Shown here: one piece after another, positions 60,501 through 64,000 of the stretch
Position numbering within the stretch: the first letter of the stretch is position 1
Layout: each line of letters opens with the position of its first letter
NCBI GenBank assembly: GCA_041663025.1
Contig: JBAZRE010000003.1
Span: 2,157 to 66,156 of the forward strand
Direction: 5' to 3'
Length of the DNA: 64,000 nt
Origin: Minisyncoccota bacterium
Lineage (GTDB): Bacteria > Patescibacteriota > Minisyncoccia > Phycocordibacterales > Phycocordibacteraceae
Made by a program: the position numbers and the translations under genes
The notes under the pieces: generated by a model
The model's database searches: none
Seen by the model: only the letters and a program-made list of their open reading frames with translations
What the model was told of the DNA's origin: nothing

Positions 60501-61014
60501 CTACGGAATAACGATCGGTGCTACAACAACTCTTAAGTTGTGGCAGGGTTCCAACTCTATCGCTGGCTTCTTCGCAACGACAACTGCTGGAGGTACAATT
60601 ACTGCTGCTGCAGCTATTGAGGCCTTCCCGGCTGTTGACACAGCAGTTGCTAAGACCGACTTGAATCTCGTCTTCCTCCCAGATGCGGAGCAGACGGTTT
60701 CGGCTGGCACAAGCGTTACCTACGAGCTCCGTGGTACCATTGGTGGTATAGCGGCGAACTCGAACGTTCTCGATGTTTCGATTGCGAATAAGCAGACGAC
60801 AGCTAGCACAACTGCTTCGGCCTTGGCGGTCGGTGGTGGTGGTACTGCAGGTCATGAAAACACCGGCGGTACAAGTGCAACTCCGTCCTTCACTTGGTCT
60901 GACAGGTCTATTGTTAGCGCGCCTCACACAACGAGCACCGCTGACTGGACAGATGATTACCTCGTGAAGGCTCTGCCGCTCACAATCGGCAACCTATCGG
61001 TGATAGGTAGCTAA
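57544..61014 (+). CDS. Large secreted S-layer-like protein with peptidoglycan-binding domain
   Basis: Signal peptide (AHA), FSRDLTIG..G.DVK.LQ..L...YFG..T, T/S/A/G-rich. Confidence 0.8.
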   Translation: MQTVTMKATAKIAAVATGLAMATSMLSLAPIAHAAALTSSQISSILSLLSSFGAGADTIANVNAALNGQATSGTTTTTTGTSACSFSRDLTIGATGADVKCLQQALIAGGFSIPAGATSYFGTQTRAAVASWQSSKNVAPAVGYFGPISRAAFNLGGGGSTTTTTTTTTTQTAGTGNGLKVTLASDSPNGIALVQTQAIGELAKFTFANPTSADVKVTNVAFKRIGVSSDSTLSAVYLYNGASRLTDAASITSGAFNFNDSAGLFTVPAGQTYTVSVRSNILTGTNGQQIGVQLVSVTSSGTLDSSVVFPITGGIQTISSASMGTVVVTYTGPTSATEDPGNDVRVFEGSTVVSTHAADLSSITFENRGTSSDGDLKNFRLYVDGVVVGSTVSQSVNDKVTFDLTASPVRLATGTRIIKVLADIVGGSSYTYDIQIRRAVDARFVDAELGQPILATGTMAAAAANTIAGGTLSITKATNSPSDNVGLSSTNVKWATYEVRAAGEDVKVEAATIAAYYAAGVTATTTDNAKVFLNGVQIGSTADIAAAGTEFTFGSSFIARHGVVEILDIYGDAKTSGAVDYPAASDITVGIAVASADTEGMSSGDAVTAITEKDGNARTISASTLTASKYSGYGDQTMIAGTNNAKLGSFTLSAGSTEGVNVNTIAINLSAVEAASVTDLRLVDSVTGAQIGSTKVTPSGSATGAGDNSYSVNVAIPANGTKTIDLVGNIKSAAELGPWTAQLDDTTGGTGAVTAQSVTVSATTLQTITLSTAVLTAAVGVSPDNANVIAGSVMVKVGSFDFTSQYSAFTVDKIAVKIPNNSATSVASVTLRYPNASGVSTDTSATLASPLSTEAYATASFTGLTFYIPQNTTKKVDVYVNLASIQADGDSGKSVTVLLSDFGGFRKTDSAGTANTTLTGSGDLASASTGKGTMYVRKSIPTLSAVALDSSTLTAGTNKAFARVKVTADAAGDISWDKIAFVVNKTYGITIGATTTLKLWQGSNSIAGFFATTTAGGTITAAAAIEAFPAVDTAVAKTDLNLVFLPDAEQTVSAGTSVTYELRGTIGGIAANSNVLDVSIANKQTTASTTASALAVGGGGTAGHENTGGTSATPSFTWSDRSIVSAPHTTSTADWTDDYLVKALPLTIGNLSVIGS

Positions 61015-61072
61015 CCTAGTCACTCGTGTATAAAAAGTGCTTATCCAGCTAGGACATTGGCCTAGCAAACGA

Positions 61073-61107
61073 AAAACCATCCCGCCATCGGCGCGGATGG
61101 TTTTTTC
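61073..61107 (+). terminator. Intrinsic terminator after the S-layer-like gene
   Basis: AAAAACCATCC...GGATGGTTTTTT. Confidence 0.75.
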
Positions 61108-61256
61108 GTTTGCCAAGAATGAAACTATTCAGCATCAGGCGTGGTTATCCACAGTTCCTTCAAAAAACCCTATCTCTATAAGTAGGTAGGAGTACAATTG
61201 GTATTAAAGGCACTCGCGCCTTTATTATTCGTCTGTAATAAAGCCATTATAAATTT

Positions 61257-61886
61257 ATGAATCGCATCAAAAGTTTTCTCGTAGGTCTCGGGAGGAGTAC
61301 TCGTGTCCTTATCCTTGCGCTCGCAGTTATGGTTGTCGGCTCTGGTATCGTCCAGGCCGCGACGACCATCAGCACGAACATAACTACGGCTGGTAATATA
61401 AGCACGACAGGCACTGGTACGCTTACTGCAGCAGGCCTGTCTACGCTGACAGGAGGTTTTATATCTATAGCTTCTTCAACTGCTGTCGCGGCTTTCAACG
61501 TTACTGGTAGTTCAACGCTTGCCTCAACAACAGTAACTTCATTAAAGATGGGACAGGTTGGGACAAAAGTATCGCAAGTGGTATCCGGATATTGTGTTGC
61601 GACAACACTAACTGATCTCGTTGCTACCACAACTGGGGTGTATGCGGACTGTGTACCTTACACTTCTGGTGGTGTAGCCATAACTACCCTTACTTCTGGG
61701 ACCGATAAAGTGCTCGTCCAAGCAACCAGCTCTCTTCCCGGTTATGTTGTCCTACAAGCCGCCTCCACGACAGGAACCGCCAAGATAAATGTACGGTTAA
61801 CCAATGTCAGCACCACAACCACAGGTGCGGCCGCTGGTGCCATCTACACGTTCAACTTCTGGGCGTTCCAGTCCTCCACTCTATAG
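61257..61886 (+). CDS. Secreted T/S-rich protein
   Basis: Signal peptide (VQA), ATTISTNI.T.G motif. Confidence 0.7.
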   Translation: MNRIKSFLVGLGRSTRVLILALAVMVVGSGIVQAATTISTNITTAGNISTTGTGTLTAAGLSTLTGGFISIASSTAVAAFNVTGSSTLASTTVTSLKMGQVGTKVSQVVSGYCVATTLTDLVATTTGVYADCVPYTSGGVAITTLTSGTDKVLVQATSSLPGYVVLQAASTTGTAKINVRLTNVSTTTTGAAAGAIYTFNFWAFQSSTL

Positions 61887-61924
61887 TCGCATAGCGAGTT
61901 ACTTACTAATTAAATAAACTCACT

Positions 61925-62842
61925 ATGCCACGAATGCTCAAAGGCGCAGGAATTCTAGTGGCGCTACTCGCACCCGCATTGGCGTTCGCCGCATATAACG
62001 ATGTATCGTTGGTGGCAGACACGATCTTGAGTGTGAACGGCATTACGCTCACTGTGTCTGGTTCAAATGCCTCAATTGCGTCAATTACCGTAAATGCTAC
62101 GGACTTCAGTGTAACTCTAGCGTCAGGCTCGTCAATTCAAGTGACCGCTGCAGGTCTAGAAAAAGTGACAACGGACACATCAACTGGTAGAACGAGCTAT
62201 GTCTGCGATGCCAACCAGTCACTGGTCAAATATGAGGCAGCTACGGATGTAACTGTTACTTTTTCACCATCAGCGACTCTCTGTTCTTCAACCTCTGATG
62301 CTGGTGGCGGTAATTCAACAACTGTCTCAAGTGGTCCAAGTAGCGGTAGTTCAGGAACAACTCCTGCGACACCTGCTACTCCGGCAACGCCTGCAACTGC
62401 AACGACACCTGCAGTGCCTGCCACTCCGGCGACACCTGCAGTCACTACCACCACCACATCATCATCAGGACTGTCTGCATCTCAAATCCAGTCCATTCTT
62501 GACGTGCTCACGTCATTTGACGTTGACGCGGCAACTATGGCGAGTGTGAGAGCGGCGCTTGAAGGTACTACTACCGGCTCGGTAACGAGCGCGGCTGTAC
62601 ATGCATTCAAGTCTAATCTCGAGCTCGGCTCTCTCGGTAGTGAAGTAAAGGCTTTGCAAGAGTTCCTAAACTCTCATGGCTACACCATCGCGACGAGTGG
62701 TGCAGGATCCTCAGGAAATGAAACAACCAAATTCGGCGGCCTGACAAAGGCAGCACTCATTAAGTATCAGAAAGCTAAGGGCATCACCCCTGCTGTCGGA
62801 TACTTCGGTCCTAAGACGCGAGCAGCTGTTGAAGCTGACTAA
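61925..62842 (+). CDS. Secreted protein with PAT-repeat linker and C-terminal peptidoglycan-binding domain
   Basis: AFA signal, TPATPATPA, VKALQEFLN...GYFGPKTRA. Confidence 0.8.
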   Translation: MPRMLKGAGILVALLAPALAFAAYNDVSLVADTILSVNGITLTVSGSNASIASITVNATDFSVTLASGSSIQVTAAGLEKVTTDTSTGRTSYVCDANQSLVKYEAATDVTVTFSPSATLCSSTSDAGGGNSTTVSSGPSSGSSGTTPATPATPATPATATTPAVPATPATPAVTTTTTSSSGLSASQIQSILDVLTSFDVDAATMASVRAALEGTTTGSVTSAAVHAFKSNLELGSLGSEVKALQEFLNSHGYTIATSGAGSSGNETTKFGGLTKAALIKYQKAKGITPAVGYFGPKTRAAVEAD

Positions 62843-62963
62843 CTCCTAATATTTTTAACACCACCCCGCCTTTGGCGGGGTGGTGTTCGTTATGATATGC
62901 TCTCGTTATATGAGCCCCGTTAGAGACTTTATGTAATAGACATATTATGCAATCGAAACTACT

Positions 62964-63692
62964 ATGAACTTTATGAACGGAGTCTCTAACGGGGTGAGCA
63001 AAACATGGATTATTATCATAGGAGTCGCCATTATTTTATTAGCTACTGGTGTTGTACAGTTCTTATTCCCACGATCCGCTGTATCACCAACCTTACCAGT
63101 TGCTTCATCTCCTAGTGTAGAAAATAACAGTGCTACCTCTTCAGATTCTATACAGGTAACAGCGAGTGTTTCAACTAATAAAAAAACTCTGGATCTGCCA
63201 TCAATTGCAAAAGGCGACACTATTGCTTCGTGGAATTTCAAGGGAGTGTATTCTGATAATCCAGAACTAATGACAAAGGCGGCTGTAGAAATCAAACGTC
63301 TGTTGAATCTAATCGGTAAAGGCACATATCCCGATATGAGTCTCTATGTTGGCATAGCGAATCAATATGAACTTCTTGGCGATGGGAAGCAGCAATACGA
63401 TTACTTAGGTCGTGCTATCGGAGTGTCTGGCGGAGGATCAGGTCTGCCTTGGCACAATCTTGGGGTGCTTATGGAGCGATTGGGTGCTCTTGAAACTGCG
63501 CGTGTCGCGTATGAAAAATCAACATTTATTCAGCCAGAATTTAAGTTTTATCACTATGCGTATCTTGAGTTCCTAGTGGCGCGTATGAAAGATAATACAA
63601 TTGCTATTGAAAAAGAATATGCGTCAGCTATAGAGAATCTCGGTCAGGATGCGGACATACTCCAGCTCTACTCAGAGTGGAAAAAATCATGA
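62964..63692 (+). CDS. Membrane-anchored TPR-like protein
   Basis: TM, WHNLG.L..LG...A...YEK. Confidence 0.65.
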   Translation: MNFMNGVSNGVSKTWIIIIGVAIILLATGVVQFLFPRSAVSPTLPVASSPSVENNSATSSDSIQVTASVSTNKKTLDLPSIAKGDTIASWNFKGVYSDNPELMTKAAVEIKRLLNLIGKGTYPDMSLYVGIANQYELLGDGKQQYDYLGRAIGVSGGGSGLPWHNLGVLMERLGALETARVAYEKSTFIQPEFKFYHYAYLEFLVARMKDNTIAIEKEYASAIENLGQDADILQLYSEWKKS

Positions 63693-64000
63693 CGCGTTTG
63701 AAACAGGCATTTAATTATATTCTCCTCGCCCCAGTAGTTCTGCCGCTAATCTACATAAGTGGGGTCGTTTATCCATACATCACGCCAAAAACATTTCTGC
63801 TACAAGGGTTAGGTATTGTGACGCTCGCTGTTTTCTCGTATTTATCACTCAAGGGGCATCCATTCTTTTATGGACGCCTTCGCGCCAAAGTCACATGGAT
63901 TCCTGCTTTACTGCTCATCGTAGCTTATATCACTTCATTTTTTGGCATCGATTTTTATCATAGTTTCTGGGGGCTCTTTGGGCGCGGTGATGGACTCTTA
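63689..64000 (+). CDS. Multi-TM protein, O-antigen ligase-like (runs off window end)
   Basis: ATGA-coupled; YPYITPK...SFWG...RGDG motif. Confidence 0.55.
   Translation, partial: MTRLKQAFNYILLAPVVLPLIYISGVVYPYITPKTFLLQGLGIVTLAVFSYLSLKGHPFFYGRLRAKVTWIPALLLIVAYITSFFGIDFYHSFWGLFGRGDGLL

Noticed and set aside
62355-62465. PAT-coding and Thr-coding repeats in surface proteins (also 58021-58055)
   Set aside because: Ordinary low-complexity linkers.
1-64000. Prophage or replication origin
   Set aside because: No phage structural or integrase genes; the DnaA boxes are single and dispersed, and dnaA/dnaN are absent from the window.

Overview
Chromosomal region of a small-genome Patescibacteria (CPR; most likely Parcubacteria) organism. 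It is mostly housekeeping genes (ruvAB, polA, recA, ftsK, aminoacyl-tRNA synthetases, ribosomal proteins, type IV pilus genes, 9 tRNAs, S-layer-like proteins) with small accessory cassettes. The main signal is two complete diversity-generating retroelements (DGRs) at ~10.6-13.2 kb and ~42.4-45.1 kb, each arranged target(VR) > TR > avd (antisense) > RT. Every VR/TR mismatch falls at a TR adenine (15 of 15 and 22 of 22). In both, avd and RT overlap head-to-head in the same codon register across a shared poly-G/C tract (G9 and G10). With the observed lengths both ATG-initiated genes are frameshifted, while G8 or G11 would restore both at once. This suggests a single phase-variable switch for the mutagenic machinery (inference; assembly error or alternative starts are not excluded). 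Other observations: conserved cis-elements around both TRs, structured tRNA leaders duplicating the tRNA 5' end, tRNA-Arg(GCG), LAGLIDADG-like genes abutting tRNAs, palindromic in-frame insertions in core genes, an inverted-repeat-flanked four-helix-bundle gene, a direct-repeat-flanked PaaX-like gene, dispersed DnaA boxes, a polyamine island, a thymidylate island where rplA would be expected, and an IleRS with an inserted histidine-phosphatase domain.
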